Assembly (NCBI GenBank): GCA_944388795.1
Contig: CALXKD010000001.1
Location: 16,084 to 80,083 of the forward strand
DNA length: 64,000 bases
Origin: an uncultured Clostridia bacterium
GTDB taxonomy: Bacteria; Bacillota; Clostridia; TANB77; CAG-508
Direction: 5' to 3'
In this document: positions 40,701 to 51,436 of the stretch, in pieces
Layout: each line of letters opens with the position of its first letter
How positions within the stretch are numbered: position 1 is the first letter of the stretch
Program-made: the position numbers and the translations under genes
The notes under the pieces: model-generated
Database searches by the model: none
What the model saw: the letters and a program-made list of their open reading frames with translations, nothing else
What the model was told of the DNA's origin: nothing

Positions 40701-43350
40701 GTACAATCCAAAAGATTTTGAAGAAAAACTATATCAAGAATGGGAGGAAAAAGGATATTTTAAACCTAGTATGGATAAAACCAAAGAAAGTTATTGCATT
40801 ATGATGCCACCTCCAAATGTAACTGGAAAACTACACATGGGTCATGCTTTAGATGATACCATACAAGATATTTTAATCCGTTTTAAAAGAATGCAAGGAT
40901 ATAATACCTTATGGCTTCCAGGAACAGACCATGCGGCTATTTCAACAGAAATGAAGGTTGTTGAAAAATTAAGAAATGAAGGAAAAACAAAGCAAGAATT
41001 AGGTAGAGAAAAATTCCTAGAGGAAGCATGGGAATGGACAAGAATCTATGGTGGAACCATTGAAATGCAACAAAAGAAATTAGGTTGTTCTTGTGATTGG
41101 GATAGAAAACGTTTTACAATGGATGAAGGATTATCAGATGCAGTTTTAGAGCAATTTGTTGATTTATATAACAAAGGGTTAATCTATAAAGGAAAAAGAA
41201 TGATTAACTATTGCCCAAGTTGTAAAACATCTATATCAGATGCAGAAGTAGAATATAAAGAAGAAGCTTCTCATTTATGGCATATCCGTTATCAAATAAC
41301 AGGTGAAAAAGATAGATATATTGTAGTTGCAACAACAAGACCTGAAACCATGTTAGGAGATACAGCAGTTGCCGTTCATCCAAAGGATGAAAGATACAAA
41401 GATTTAGTTGGAAAAACATGTATTTTACCAATTATGAATAAGGAAATTCCAATCATTGCGGATGAATTTGTTGATAAAGAATTTGGAACAGGATGTGTTA
41501 AAATTACACCAGCTCATGATATGAATGACTATCAAGCAGGTTTAAGACATAACCTAGAGATTGTAGAAGTATTTGATGAAGATTATAAAATGGGTGATTT
41601 AGTTCCAGAATATAAAGGAATGGACTTATTAGAGGCTAGAAAAGCAATTGTGAAAAAGCTAGAAGAAATTGGAGCATTAGTAAAAACAGAAGATTATACG
41701 CATAATGTAGCAAAATGTGAAAGATGTAAAACGACGATAGAGCCAAAAATATCTGAGCAATGGTTTGTTTCTATGAAAGAATTAGCAAAAAGAGCAGCAG
41801 ACTCTGTTAGAAATAATGAAGCTAGATTTGTCCCTAAAAAATATGAAAAACAATATTTTAATTGGCTAGATAATATACAAGATTGGTGTATATCAAGACA
41901 ATTATGGTGGGGACATCAAATACCAGCATATTATTGTGAAGAATGTGGACATATCAATGTTGCCAAAACAGCGCCAGAAAAATGTGAAAAATGTGGAAGT
42001 ACAAAATTACATCAAGATGAAGATACATTGGATACATGGTTTAGTTCAGCATTATGGCCATTTTCAACATTAGGTTGGCCAAACACAGAAACAGAAGATT
42101 ATAAAACATTCTATCCAACAAATGTACTGGTTACAGGATTTGATATTATTACTTTCTGGGTATCTAGAATGATGTCACAAGGATTAGAATTTACTGGTCA
42201 GGCACCATTTAAAGATATTTTAATCCATGGAATGGTTCGTGATAGTCAAGGAAGAAAAATGTCTAAAACTTTAGGAAATGGTATAGATCCAATTGAAATT
42301 ATTGATGAGTATGGAGCAGATAGTTTAAGATTTGCTGTCATATCAGGAACCACAATGGGAAATGACATTCGATACATGCCAGAAAAATTAGAGCAAGCAT
42401 CAAACTTTGCAAATAAAATATGGAATGCAACAAAATTTATTAGAAACAATGATGTAAAAGATGAAGACATTATTACATTCCATACAGAAGTATTTGACAA
42501 AGAAACAGGTAAATACAAAAAAGAATTATTACATTTAGAGGATAAATGGATTATCAATAAACTAGAAACCTTAATCACAGAAGTAACCAATAATATGGAA
42601 AATTATGACTTAGGTGTTGCTTTAGATAAAGTATATAACTTTATTTGGAATGAATTCTGTGATTGGTATATTGAAATGGTAAAACCAAGACTATATAGTG
42701 ATGATTACAAAGAAAAAGTAAAAGTTTGCTATGTATTAGATTATGTATTTGGTATTTCAATGAAACTATTACATCCATTTATGCCATTTGTGACAACAGA
42801 AATTTATAGAAATTTAGTAAAATATAATGATAAAGAATTAATGGTATCAAAATGGCCTTATGCAAAAAATGAGAATGCATTTAAAGAGGAAGAAGAGTTT
42901 GTTGAAAGACTAAAAACAATTATTACTGAAATCAGAAATACAAGAGCAAATATGAATGTACATCCATCAAAAAAAGCAGAATTGATTTTTGTAACTGAAA
43001 AATATGAAAAAGAAATAGAGGAAGCAAAAGAATTCTTATTAAAATTAGGATTTGGAAGTAATATAACCATTCAAAAAGATAAAGCAGGAATTAAAGATGA
43101 TGCCATTAGCATTGTACAAGATGGAATAGAACTATATATGCCATTTGAAGGATTAGTAGATATGGAACAAGAAAGAAAAAGATTACAAGAAGAAAAGAAA
43201 AGACTAGAAGGTGAAGTGGCAAGATGTGAAAAAATGTTGTCTAATCCAGGATTTATGAATAAAGCACCACAAAGCAAAATTGACGAAGAAAAAGCAAAAT
43301 TAGAGAAATATAAAGATATGTTAGCAAAGGTAATGGAATCATTAAGTTAA
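40684..43350 (+). CDS. valS: Valine--tRNA ligase
   Basis: 888 aa. HIGH (PPNVTGKLHMGHAL) and KMSKT (KMSKTLGN) motifs. C-terminal coiled coil. Confidence 0.95.
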   Translation: MNMQNKYNPKDFEEKLYQEWEEKGYFKPSMDKTKESYCIMMPPPNVTGKLHMGHALDDTIQDILIRFKRMQGYNTLWLPGTDHAAISTEMKVVEKLRNEGKTKQELGREKFLEEAWEWTRIYGGTIEMQQKKLGCSCDWDRKRFTMDEGLSDAVLEQFVDLYNKGLIYKGKRMINYCPSCKTSISDAEVEYKEEASHLWHIRYQITGEKDRYIVVATTRPETMLGDTAVAVHPKDERYKDLVGKTCILPIMNKEIPIIADEFVDKEFGTGCVKITPAHDMNDYQAGLRHNLEIVEVFDEDYKMGDLVPEYKGMDLLEARKAIVKKLEEIGALVKTEDYTHNVAKCERCKTTIEPKISEQWFVSMKELAKRAADSVRNNEARFVPKKYEKQYFNWLDNIQDWCISRQLWWGHQIPAYYCEECGHINVAKTAPEKCEKCGSTKLHQDEDTLDTWFSSALWPFSTLGWPNTETEDYKTFYPTNVLVTGFDIITFWVSRMMSQGLEFTGQAPFKDILIHGMVRDSQGRKMSKTLGNGIDPIEIIDEYGADSLRFAVISGTTMGNDIRYMPEKLEQASNFANKIWNATKFIRNNDVKDEDIITFHTEVFDKETGKYKKELLHLEDKWIINKLETLITEVTNNMENYDLGVALDKVYNFIWNEFCDWYIEMVKPRLYSDDYKEKVKVCYVLDYVFGISMKLLHPFMPFVTTEIYRNLVKYNDKELMVSKWPYAKNENAFKEEEEFVERLKTIITEIRNTRANMNVHPSKKAELIFVTEKYEKEIEEAKEFLLKLGFGSNITIQKDKAGIKDDAISIVQDGIELYMPFEGLVDMEQERKRLQEEKKRLEGEVARCEKMLSNPGFMNKAPQSKIDEEKAKLEKYKDMLAKVMESLS

Positions 43351-43361
43351 TAAAATATAAA

Positions 43362-43402
43362 ATAAACACTCCTTTTATTTATATAAGGGAGTGTTTATTT
43401 CA
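43362..43402 (+). terminator. Rho-independent terminator after valS
   Basis: aaacactcctttt...aagggagtgttt. Confidence 0.7.
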
Positions 43403-43422
43403 AGATAGAATATAATATAATT

Positions 43423-44829
43423 TTATCTTAATAAATTAAACCAAGTAGAAAATACCTTTGTACTCATGGTGGCAATATCTATCTTATTGACGGAAACTTG
43501 AGAAACTAAATTAACAGTGCTAAGTACTTCACCATCTAAGGAAAAAGAGATTTCACCTACTTTTTGCCCACTAGATATAGGGGCAGAAATATTTTCATCA
43601 ATCGTTACAGTTTGTTCTATATTTTTTTCACTACCTTTTTCTAACAAAATACCAGTATCATTTTCCAATACAACAGGAATGGTTGCTCGCACACCTTTAT
43701 CAATACTAATTGTTTGAATCAAATCTCCTGACTTTCCAAAGCTCTGGTAAGAAAAATTATTAAAACCATAATCTAATAACTTTTCAGCTTCTGAAAATCT
43801 AACCTTTGTAGAAGGTGCTTTCATAATAACAGAAATTAAAGACAAATCATCACGTGTGGCACTGGCAGATAAGTTATATAGAGCAAGAGAAGTAGAGCCA
43901 GTTTTTAACCCAGTTGCACCGTTATAATTTTTGATTAATTTATTTGTATTAGAAAGTTGCGTTTCACCATCTCGTAAAGTGTCCATCCAAATGGTTGTAT
44001 AGTTTTTAATTTCGGGATATTTATTCAGCAACTCTCTAGACATAACAGCAATATCATAACTAGAAGTCACATGACCATCTTCATCTAAACCATGACAATT
44101 CTTAAAAGTAGTATCGCTCATACCTAATTCATAAGCTTTATCATTCATCATTTGCACAAAGGCTTCTTCTGAACCAGCAATGTATTCTGCCATAGCCACT
44201 ACACAATCATTAGCAGAATTAACACAAATGGCTTTTAGCATTTCATCAACAGTCAAAGTTTCTGTTGTATCTAACCATATTTGAGAACCACCCATAGAAG
44301 CAGCATTTTCACTACAAGGAACAGAATCGGTTAGAGAGATTTTTCCAGAATCAATTGCTTCCATAATGAGAAGTATACTCATGACTTTCGTGACAGAAGC
44401 AGGCCTTAATTGCTCATGAATGTTATGAGCATATAAAATTCTACCAGAGGATTGCTCAATTAAAATGGCAGAGGCAGATTCCAAATTCAAGGAATTGTTA
44501 TCAGTAACGTCACTAGTTGCATTTGTTAATAGAGAAGTATCACTTGATGTGGTAACTGTAGAAGAATTAGTGATATTATTAGAGCTAGAGTTGGAATTAG
44601 TATTAGTATTTGTAGTATTGGTTATGTTATTAGAATTTGTATTAGAGGGGCGTATATTATCATCTAAAATATTTAAAGTGTTTGCACTACTAGACCATAC
44701 ATATAATGAATCGTCAGTAGCTAATACTGAAGAAGCATAAGAAAGAAAAATACAAAGTATTAAAATAATGCTAGAAAAAAGTTTAAAACAAGTTTTATTC
44801 ATATATTTGTAAATCATAAAAACCTCCAA
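43423..44829 (-). CDS. D-alanyl-D-alanine carboxypeptidase (PBP5/DacB-like) with an N/S/T-rich low-complexity insert
   Basis: Signal peptide. SxxK (ASVTK) motif. Confidence 0.75.
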   Translation of the reverse strand: MEVFMIYKYMNKTCFKLFSSIILILCIFLSYASSVLATDDSLYVWSSSANTLNILDDNIRPSNTNSNNITNTTNTNTNSNSSSNNITNSSTVTTSSDTSLLTNATSDVTDNNSLNLESASAILIEQSSGRILYAHNIHEQLRPASVTKVMSILLIMEAIDSGKISLTDSVPCSENAASMGGSQIWLDTTETLTVDEMLKAICVNSANDCVVAMAEYIAGSEEAFVQMMNDKAYELGMSDTTFKNCHGLDEDGHVTSSYDIAVMSRELLNKYPEIKNYTTIWMDTLRDGETQLSNTNKLIKNYNGATGLKTGSTSLALYNLSASATRDDLSLISVIMKAPSTKVRFSEAEKLLDYGFNNFSYQSFGKSGDLIQTISIDKGVRATIPVVLENDTGILLEKGSEKNIEQTVTIDENISAPISSGQKVGEISFSLDGEVLSTVNLVSQVSVNKIDIATMSTKVFSTWFNLLR

Positions 44830-45009
44830 GGTGACAGATAACTGTCAGAAATAAACTAAATCATGTTATTTAAATATATGAAGAAGAAAGAAAAAAAGAA
44901 CTGGAAAACATATGAAACTTTTAGAGAGGATAAATAGATACTTGAAAAAAATTAGAAAAGGTGAGATAATGATGTAGACGCATGTAAACACTCAATAGGA
45001 GGGCTAAAA

Positions 45010-45216
45010 ATGAAAATCATAGCTAAACAGGTATTAAACAATTCTTTGAAGGGAGAGGTAGCCGCTGGTGACAAGAAATATCCTTTCACGCTGGACCTGG
45101 AAACAGGTCAGTGTAAAGTCACAGCAGGCCAGTTAGAAAGTCTGTCTAAGGACAGCTGGAAAAGAGCAATGAAACAGCTCTTGCCTAACAAAGTAATAAG
45201 TTTTGTGACGGAATAA
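45010..45216 (+). CDS. Small hypothetical protein (68 aa) in a GC-rich (~45%) segment
   Basis: RBS AGGAGGG. Followed by a strong terminator at 45228-45286 (gaggagaag...cttctcctc). Codon usage atypical for the host. Confidence 0.4.
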   Translation: MKIIAKQVLNNSLKGEVAAGDKKYPFTLDLETGQCKVTAGQLESLSKDSWKRAMKQLLPNKVISFVTE

Positions 45217-45314
45217 TCATTGCCCAGAGGAGAAGAAAAGAAATTTTCTATGTTGAAGATTTTTTTCTTCTCCTCGTTTTTCTTGACAATCTATAGAGAA
45301 TATATATAATATAA

Positions 45315-46023
45315 ATGAAAATAAAAGATAAGAGAAGGAAACATATGGTAAATATATTATTAGTTGAGGATGATAAAAATATTGCAAATACAATTTCATA
45401 TTATTTACAACAAGAAGGGTTCTTAATAGGCACAGCAAGAACCGTTAAAGAAGGAATAGAAGAAATAAAAGAGAACCTATATGATGTGATGTTATTAGAT
45501 ATTAATTTGCCAGATGGTACAGGATATGAATTATATGAAAAAATGAAAAAAATCCAAGAAATACCAACCATTTTCTTAACTGCATTAGATGAAGAAAAGG
45601 ATATTGTAAAGGGATTTGATTTAGGAGCAGAGGACTATATCACGAAGCCATTTCATGCTGGTGAATTATTATCAAGAATCAAAAATGTATTAAGACATAG
45701 TAAAATAAAAGAGAAAGAAGAAGCAATTAAAATAAACAATGTAGAAATGAATTATACGATTCGGAAGAGTATTAAAAGATGATAAAGAGATAGAATTAAC
45801 AGCATTAGAATATAAAATACTAGGAATGTTATTTAAAAACAAAGGAAGAATAGTTACTAGAGAACAGATTTTATCCTATATATGGGATAATGAAGAGAAT
45901 TTTGTAAATGATAATACATTAACTGTATATATCAAAAGGATTAGAGAAAAAATAGAAAAAGATGCCAATCATCCAGAAATTATAAAAACAGTAAGAGGAC
46001 TGGGATATAAAATATCTGATTAA
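45315..46023 (+). pseudogene. OmpR-family response regulator, split into 45315-45782 and 45826-46023 by a +1 frameshift from one extra C at 45762
   Basis: Receiver domain LLVEDD...DINLPDGTG...KPF. The winged-helix domain resumes in the +1 frame as (G)RVLKDDKEIELTALEYKILGMLFKNKGRIVTREQIL...TVRGLGYKI. Junction acgattCggaag. Confidence 0.8.
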
Positions 46024-46044
46024 AAATAAAGTAAAGGAAAAGAT

Positions 46045-47262
46045 ATGAATACAAAACAAAAACGAAACTTGTATATTTCTATATCTGCCATTGTAATATG
46101 TATTGTTATATGCATTACATTTGTGATTATATATATCCAAAAAGAATATAAGAAGAATATGTATATTTATACCAATCAAGTTATTGCTAAAATTGTAGAA
46201 AAATATCCTGAACAAGAAGAGGAGATTATACAGGATATATTTTTAAATGATGATATAGATAATACAGAGTTAGAAAATATTTTAAGTAAATATGGATTTA
46301 ATGAAGAAAATATTGATATGGAAAACGATAACTTTAAAATAGTATATAAACCTATACTTATATTTTCTTTCATTTTCATAATAGGTGTTTTAGGAATTAT
46401 CAGAATATATGCAATCTACATAAGAAAACAAAATCAAAAGTTGAAAAAATTAGATGCGTATTGTAAAGAAATATTAAAAGGAAATTATATCATAGATTTA
46501 AAAGAGCAAGATGAAAGTGATTTTAGTAAATTAAAAAATGATATTTATGATATGACCATTATGTTAAAAGAAAAAAATAGTTTATTAGAAAAAAATAACA
46601 AAGATTTTGAAAAATTGATAGCAGATATTTCTCATCAATTAAAAACGCCACTAACTTCTTTAAATTTGATTAATGACATTTTATATACAGATTTACCAGA
46701 AGAAAAGAAAAAAGAATTTTTAGATAGTAGTCAAAAAGAACTAGAAAAAATTAATTGGCTCATAAAAACTGTATTAAATATAGCCAAATTAGACTCAAAA
46801 ACACTGATTTTAGACAAAAAGAATGAAAATGCATATCATTTATGCTTAGAAGTAAAAAACAATTTTAAAGCCATGTGTGAGATAAATCATGTAGATATAG
46901 AAATTGTATCCAATAAAGAAGAAACCATTAATTGTGATAAAAAATGGACAATAGAAGCTATGAATAATATTGTGAAAAATGCAATTGAGCATGGTGCAAA
47001 AATGATAACCATACAACTAGAAGAAAATACGATGTATACAAAAATTACAATAAGAGATAATGGAGAAGGGATAGACAAAGAAGATTTAGGACATATTTTT
47101 GACAGATTTTATAAAGCAAAAAATAGTAAAGAAAGTAGTTTAGGTATTGGACTTGCCTTTTGTAAAAGTATTATTAGAAATCAAGATGGAGATATTCGTG
47201 TAAAAAGTTCTAAAAAAGAAAAAGATACTTGGACAGAATTTATGATTAAATTATATAAATAA
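46045..47262 (+). CDS. Sensor histidine kinase
   Basis: Two TMs. H-box ISHQLKTPLTS, N-box NAIEHG, G1 DNGEGI, G2 GIGLAF. Confidence 0.85.
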   Translation: MNTKQKRNLYISISAIVICIVICITFVIIYIQKEYKKNMYIYTNQVIAKIVEKYPEQEEEIIQDIFLNDDIDNTELENILSKYGFNEENIDMENDNFKIVYKPILIFSFIFIIGVLGIIRIYAIYIRKQNQKLKKLDAYCKEILKGNYIIDLKEQDESDFSKLKNDIYDMTIMLKEKNSLLEKNNKDFEKLIADISHQLKTPLTSLNLINDILYTDLPEEKKKEFLDSSQKELEKINWLIKTVLNIAKLDSKTLILDKKNENAYHLCLEVKNNFKAMCEINHVDIEIVSNKEETINCDKKWTIEAMNNIVKNAIEHGAKMITIQLEENTMYTKITIRDNGEGIDKEDLGHIFDRFYKAKNSKESSLGIGLAFCKSIIRNQDGDIRVKSSKKEKDTWTEFMIKLYK

Positions 47263-47368
47263 AAAATTGAATAAGTCATTTTAGAGTCACTTTTATGTAG
47301 TAATATAATACTAACAATAAAAGTGACATTTTATATATTTGCTTAAAACATAAGAAAGGAGATTGTTT

Positions 47369-48049
47369 ATGGAGATATTAAAAGTAGAAAATCTAACGAA
47401 AAAATACGGTAAAAAAGATACAGAGGTAGTTGCATTAGACAATATATCTTTTAGCGTGAATAAGGGAGAATTTGTAGCTATTGTAGGAGCTTCTGGAAGT
47501 GGAAAATCCACCTTACTACATCTAATCGGAGGTGTAGATAAACCAACCAGTGGAAAAGTATATATTAATGGAACAGATATCTATTCTTTGAATAATGATA
47601 ATTTAGCAATTTTTAGAAGAAGGCAAGTAGGACTTATCTATCAATTCTATAATTTAATTCCTATCTTAAATGTAAAAGAAAATATTACATTGCCATGTGA
47701 TTTAGATGGGCAAAAAGTAGATGAAAAGAGATTGAATGAATTGTTATATATTCTTGGATTAGAAAAAAGAATTAATCACTTACCAAATGAGTTATCAGGA
47801 GGACAACAACAAAGAGTTTCTATTGGAAGGGCTATGATGAATCATCCAAGTATTGTGTTAGCAGATGAACCAACTGGAAATTTGGATAGTAAAGCCTCAA
47901 GAGAAATTATTGATTTATTAAAAGTATCAAATCAGAAATATAATCAAACCTTAATTGTCATTACCCATGATGAAAATATTGCTCTAGAGGCAGATAGAAT
48001 TATTACAATACAAGATGGAAAGTTGATGAGTGATGAGAAAATAAAGTAA
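47369..48049 (+). CDS. ABC transporter ATP-binding protein (MacB/FtsE-like)
   Basis: Walker A GASGSGKST, signature LSGGQQQRV, Walker B VLADEPTGNLD. Confidence 0.9.
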   Translation: MEILKVENLTKKYGKKDTEVVALDNISFSVNKGEFVAIVGASGSGKSTLLHLIGGVDKPTSGKVYINGTDIYSLNNDNLAIFRRRQVGLIYQFYNLIPILNVKENITLPCDLDGQKVDEKRLNELLYILGLEKRINHLPNELSGGQQQRVSIGRAMMNHPSIVLADEPTGNLDSKASREIIDLLKVSNQKYNQTLIVITHDENIALEADRIITIQDGKLMSDEKIK

Positions 48050-48062
48050 AGGGGAGAGAAGG

Positions 48063-50648
48063 ATGAAAATTTTAAATACATTAACACTCAAAAATTTAAA
48101 ATTAAATAAGAAGAGAACAATTGTGACTATTATTGGTATTTCTCTTTCTGTTGCTTTAATATGTGCCATCACAACATTTACAGTTAGTATTCAAAAATCT
48201 TTACTAGAAAGAGAAATCAAAACAAATGGAAATTATCACATTCGTGTACAAGATATATCAAAAGAAAATGAAAAATATTTGGAGAATAATGCTAAAATAG
48301 AGGATTTACAAATATCACAAGAGATCGGATATGCCTACTTAGAAGAATCTCAAAATGAAAACAAACCCTATGCTTATATCGAAGGATATGATGAGAAACT
48401 TTTGCAAAATGGAGGAATTGTTTTAGTAGAAGGAAGATTACCAGAAAATGAAAATGAAATTGTAATACCAGAACATGTTATTCAAAATGGAAAAGTAAAC
48501 TGGAAGGTTGGCGATACCATAGAATTAGATATTGGTAATCGATACAAAGGAGAATATATATTAAATCAGTCAAATCCATATTATACAGACCAAGATAGAT
48601 TAGATAGAAAAGAAAGTGGGATTGAAGATGATTTAGAACAAGAAACCTTTGTTGCAAATACCAAAAAAACATTTACAATTGTAGGTATTATGGAACGATT
48701 AAATAGTGAGAGTTATTCTGCTCCAGGTTATACCATGATAACAAAATTAGATAAGATTGATGATACCAAAAATGTAAATATGTCTATTATATTAAAAGAT
48801 CCAACAGAAGTATATGAGTTTGAAGATTATTTAAAAAATGATTTACAAATTGATAAAACAAATATTTCTGAAAACCAAGATTTATTGTATTACATGGGAA
48901 TCTTCAAAAGTGATAGAATGGAAAGTTTTGTTTTAGCCATGATAGCAATTGTGATTGGTATTATTGTTTTGACTTCTGCCTTTGTTATCAAGAATAGTTT
49001 TAGTATATCTCTTACAGAAAAAACAAGGGAATTAGGAATGATAGCAAGTGTAGGAGCAACAGCAAAACAAATTAGAAAAAGTATCTTTTTTGAAGGTGCT
49101 ATATTAGGACTCATTTCTATACCATTAGGAATTGTAATAGGCATTGTAGCAATTGGAATTGTATTAGCAATTGTTAATGGAATTATCAATTCAGGAAGTA
49201 CGCCATTAATTGATAATTTTGAATTACATTTAACCATATCTGGTATTGCTATTTTAGTAGCTATCATTGTATCGATTGTTATGATTATCATTTCATTAAT
49301 TAGACCAAGTTATCGAGCAGGGAAAATATCACCAATTGATGCTATAAGAGAAAGTTCAGATATAAAAGTAAAAAAGAATAAGCGTAAATATAAGGAATAT
49401 AAACTAACAAAAAGAATATTTGGAATAGAAGGCGTGATTGCTAGAAAGAATTTTAGAAGAAGTAGAAAAAGATATAGAACAACTATATTTTCCATATTTC
49501 TAAGCATTGTCTTGTTTATCTCTATGAATGCTTTTGCTGAAAGTGTATTTGGATTATCTTCTTTAGAATATCAAGTGTCAAGGATTAATTTAACAGTATA
49601 TAGTAATAATCAGACAGAAGAAGAAAAAGAAAACTATTTTAATAAAATTAAAGATTTAGATGGAATCAAAGAATATGTAATTTTACAAATGGCATATGCG
49701 CATATTGATAATCAAAAAATATATACAGAAAAAGCATTAGAACATTATTCAGAAATGAATGGATTAACGATTTATTCACTTGGTGATGAAGCTTATAGAA
49801 ACTATGTATCCGAATTAGGACTAAATTATGAAGAGGTCAAAGATGAAGCGATTCTTTGCGATACAAGAATTTTATATGAATATGAAGAGGGAAAAGATGG
49901 TGTCAAACGAGTAGAAACAAATCTAACCAATTTGAATGCAGGAGATACATTAGAATATTATAATATGGAAGATGAAGAAGGAAACCTATCAGAAGAAGGA
50001 AGTATCAAAATTGCTAAAAGAGCGGATAAATATCCATTAGGTTTATTATTTCAAGATACACATCCTGTTATTATTATCTCAGATGAGATGATGGAAAACT
50101 TCGAACATGATGTAGTTGCTATGCATATAAATGCAGAAGATCCATATAAATTACAAGAGGAAATTGTAGAAATTGATAAAACCAATCAAAGTAATATTTA
50201 TAATGCAGAAGAAGATGTAAGAGCAGCAAGAAACATGAATCTAATTGTATCTATATTTGTATATGGATTTATAGTAGTGATTAGCATTATTGGTGTAACG
50301 AATATATTTAATACTATAACCACCAATATGGCATTAAGAAATAGAGAATTTGCGATATTAAAATCTATAGGTATGACAAACAAAGAATTTAAGAGAATGA
50401 TTCATTATGAAAGTTTTATATATGGCTTAAAAGCACTTATATTTGGATTGCCAGTAGGTGTCGCATTATCTTATCTAATCTATACAGTTACAGCAGATGT
50501 CTATACAACAGATTATGAACTTCCTATAATACCAATTTTTATTTCTATTATATTTGTATTTGCCATTATCTTTATGACGATGCGATATGCTGTTAAGAAA
50601 ACTAAAAATCAGAATATTATTGAAACCATTAGAAAAGAGAATATTTAA
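48063..50648 (+). CDS. ABC transporter permease with two FtsX/MacB-type domains (4+4 TM, two large extracytoplasmic domains)
   Basis: 861 aa. Duplicated FtsX architecture. Gene order RR-HK-ATPase-permease is typical of peptide-antibiotic sensing/detox modules. Confidence 0.8.
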   Translation: MKILNTLTLKNLKLNKKRTIVTIIGISLSVALICAITTFTVSIQKSLLEREIKTNGNYHIRVQDISKENEKYLENNAKIEDLQISQEIGYAYLEESQNENKPYAYIEGYDEKLLQNGGIVLVEGRLPENENEIVIPEHVIQNGKVNWKVGDTIELDIGNRYKGEYILNQSNPYYTDQDRLDRKESGIEDDLEQETFVANTKKTFTIVGIMERLNSESYSAPGYTMITKLDKIDDTKNVNMSIILKDPTEVYEFEDYLKNDLQIDKTNISENQDLLYYMGIFKSDRMESFVLAMIAIVIGIIVLTSAFVIKNSFSISLTEKTRELGMIASVGATAKQIRKSIFFEGAILGLISIPLGIVIGIVAIGIVLAIVNGIINSGSTPLIDNFELHLTISGIAILVAIIVSIVMIIISLIRPSYRAGKISPIDAIRESSDIKVKKNKRKYKEYKLTKRIFGIEGVIARKNFRRSRKRYRTTIFSIFLSIVLFISMNAFAESVFGLSSLEYQVSRINLTVYSNNQTEEEKENYFNKIKDLDGIKEYVILQMAYAHIDNQKIYTEKALEHYSEMNGLTIYSLGDEAYRNYVSELGLNYEEVKDEAILCDTRILYEYEEGKDGVKRVETNLTNLNAGDTLEYYNMEDEEGNLSEEGSIKIAKRADKYPLGLLFQDTHPVIIISDEMMENFEHDVVAMHINAEDPYKLQEEIVEIDKTNQSNIYNAEEDVRAARNMNLIVSIFVYGFIVVISIIGVTNIFNTITTNMALRNREFAILKSIGMTNKEFKRMIHYESFIYGLKALIFGLPVGVALSYLIYTVTADVYTTDYELPIIPIFISIIFVFAIIFMTMRYAVKKTKNQNIIETIRKENI

Positions 50649-50654
50649 AAAATA

Positions 50655-50700
50655 GAATAACAAAATCCAGTTGGTCAAAAGGAGCCAACTGGATTTTGCT
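50655..50700. terminator. Bidirectional terminator hairpin
   Basis: aaaatccagttggtcaaaaggagccaactggatttt. Confidence 0.7.
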
Positions 50701-50722
50701 ATATTTGTTTTCTCCGACATAG

Positions 50723-51166
50723 TTATCTTACAACATATACGTATGTATCAAAAAAATCACACTCGTAATTAACATCATTATCTTGGCATATGTACATACA
50801 TTTCGAAAAGTTTAACTCAATTTGACTATTACCAGAATTTGATATCCATATAGCATTTGACCTTTTTGTAAAGCACATAAATCCACAAAGATTGTGGATA
50901 TTACCTTTGTACGGATAATGACATTTGTTAAACACTCTAATGACACAGTTTGCGTCGTCTGGTGATACTTGGTTAACTTCACGAAATCCTGCCCTTAGAA
51001 TGTTTTCAATGGCTATTTCTCGAAGCGTTTGAATACTAGGAAAGTCCATTTCTCTTCCTGTACTATCCATGGGGATTCCATTTTTTTCACAAAAACTTAT
51101 TTGATTAAAATGGATATTCCGGATTTTCTCACATTCTTTTCTTGAAAGAACAAATTTTACAACCAT
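50723..51166 (-). CDS. Cys-rich hypothetical protein (147 aa) in a GC-elevated segment
   Basis: No family recognised. 9 Cys, several His. Confidence 0.35.
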   Translation of the reverse strand: MVVKFVLSRKECEKIRNIHFNQISFCEKNGIPMDSTGREMDFPSIQTLREIAIENILRAGFREVNQVSPDDANCVIRVFNKCHYPYKGNIHNLCGFMCFTKRSNAIWISNSGNSQIELNFSKCMYICQDNDVNYECDFFDTYVYVVR

Positions 51167-51436
51167 AATAATCCTCCTTGAACATATTGATGTGTTACAT
51201 ATAATATTAAACTAAGTAGTCGGAGAGGAAGCTCTCTTACTAATTAGTAATAAAGGAAAATAAATATATATGAATAAGGAATTTCCTTATGTGAACAATA
51301 GTATATCATGATTTCTTATGATTTTCCATACTTTATCTTTATAAAAAACAAATGTCAAATAAGTGATTTTTATTGAAGAAAAAATCGTTTTATGATAGGA
51401 TTATATTAATGAAATGAAAAGTTGAAGAGGGAAAAT

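Noticed and set aside
45826-46023. ORF 45826-46023 as an independent small gene
   Set aside because: It encodes the winged-helix DNA-binding domain of the upstream OmpR-family response regulator, continued in the +1 frame after the extra C at 45762.
50475-50720. ORF 50475-50720 (-), Cys/Asn-rich, 81 aa
   Set aside because: It overlaps the 3' end of the FtsX permease gene and the bidirectional terminator. It has no RBS and is probably spurious.
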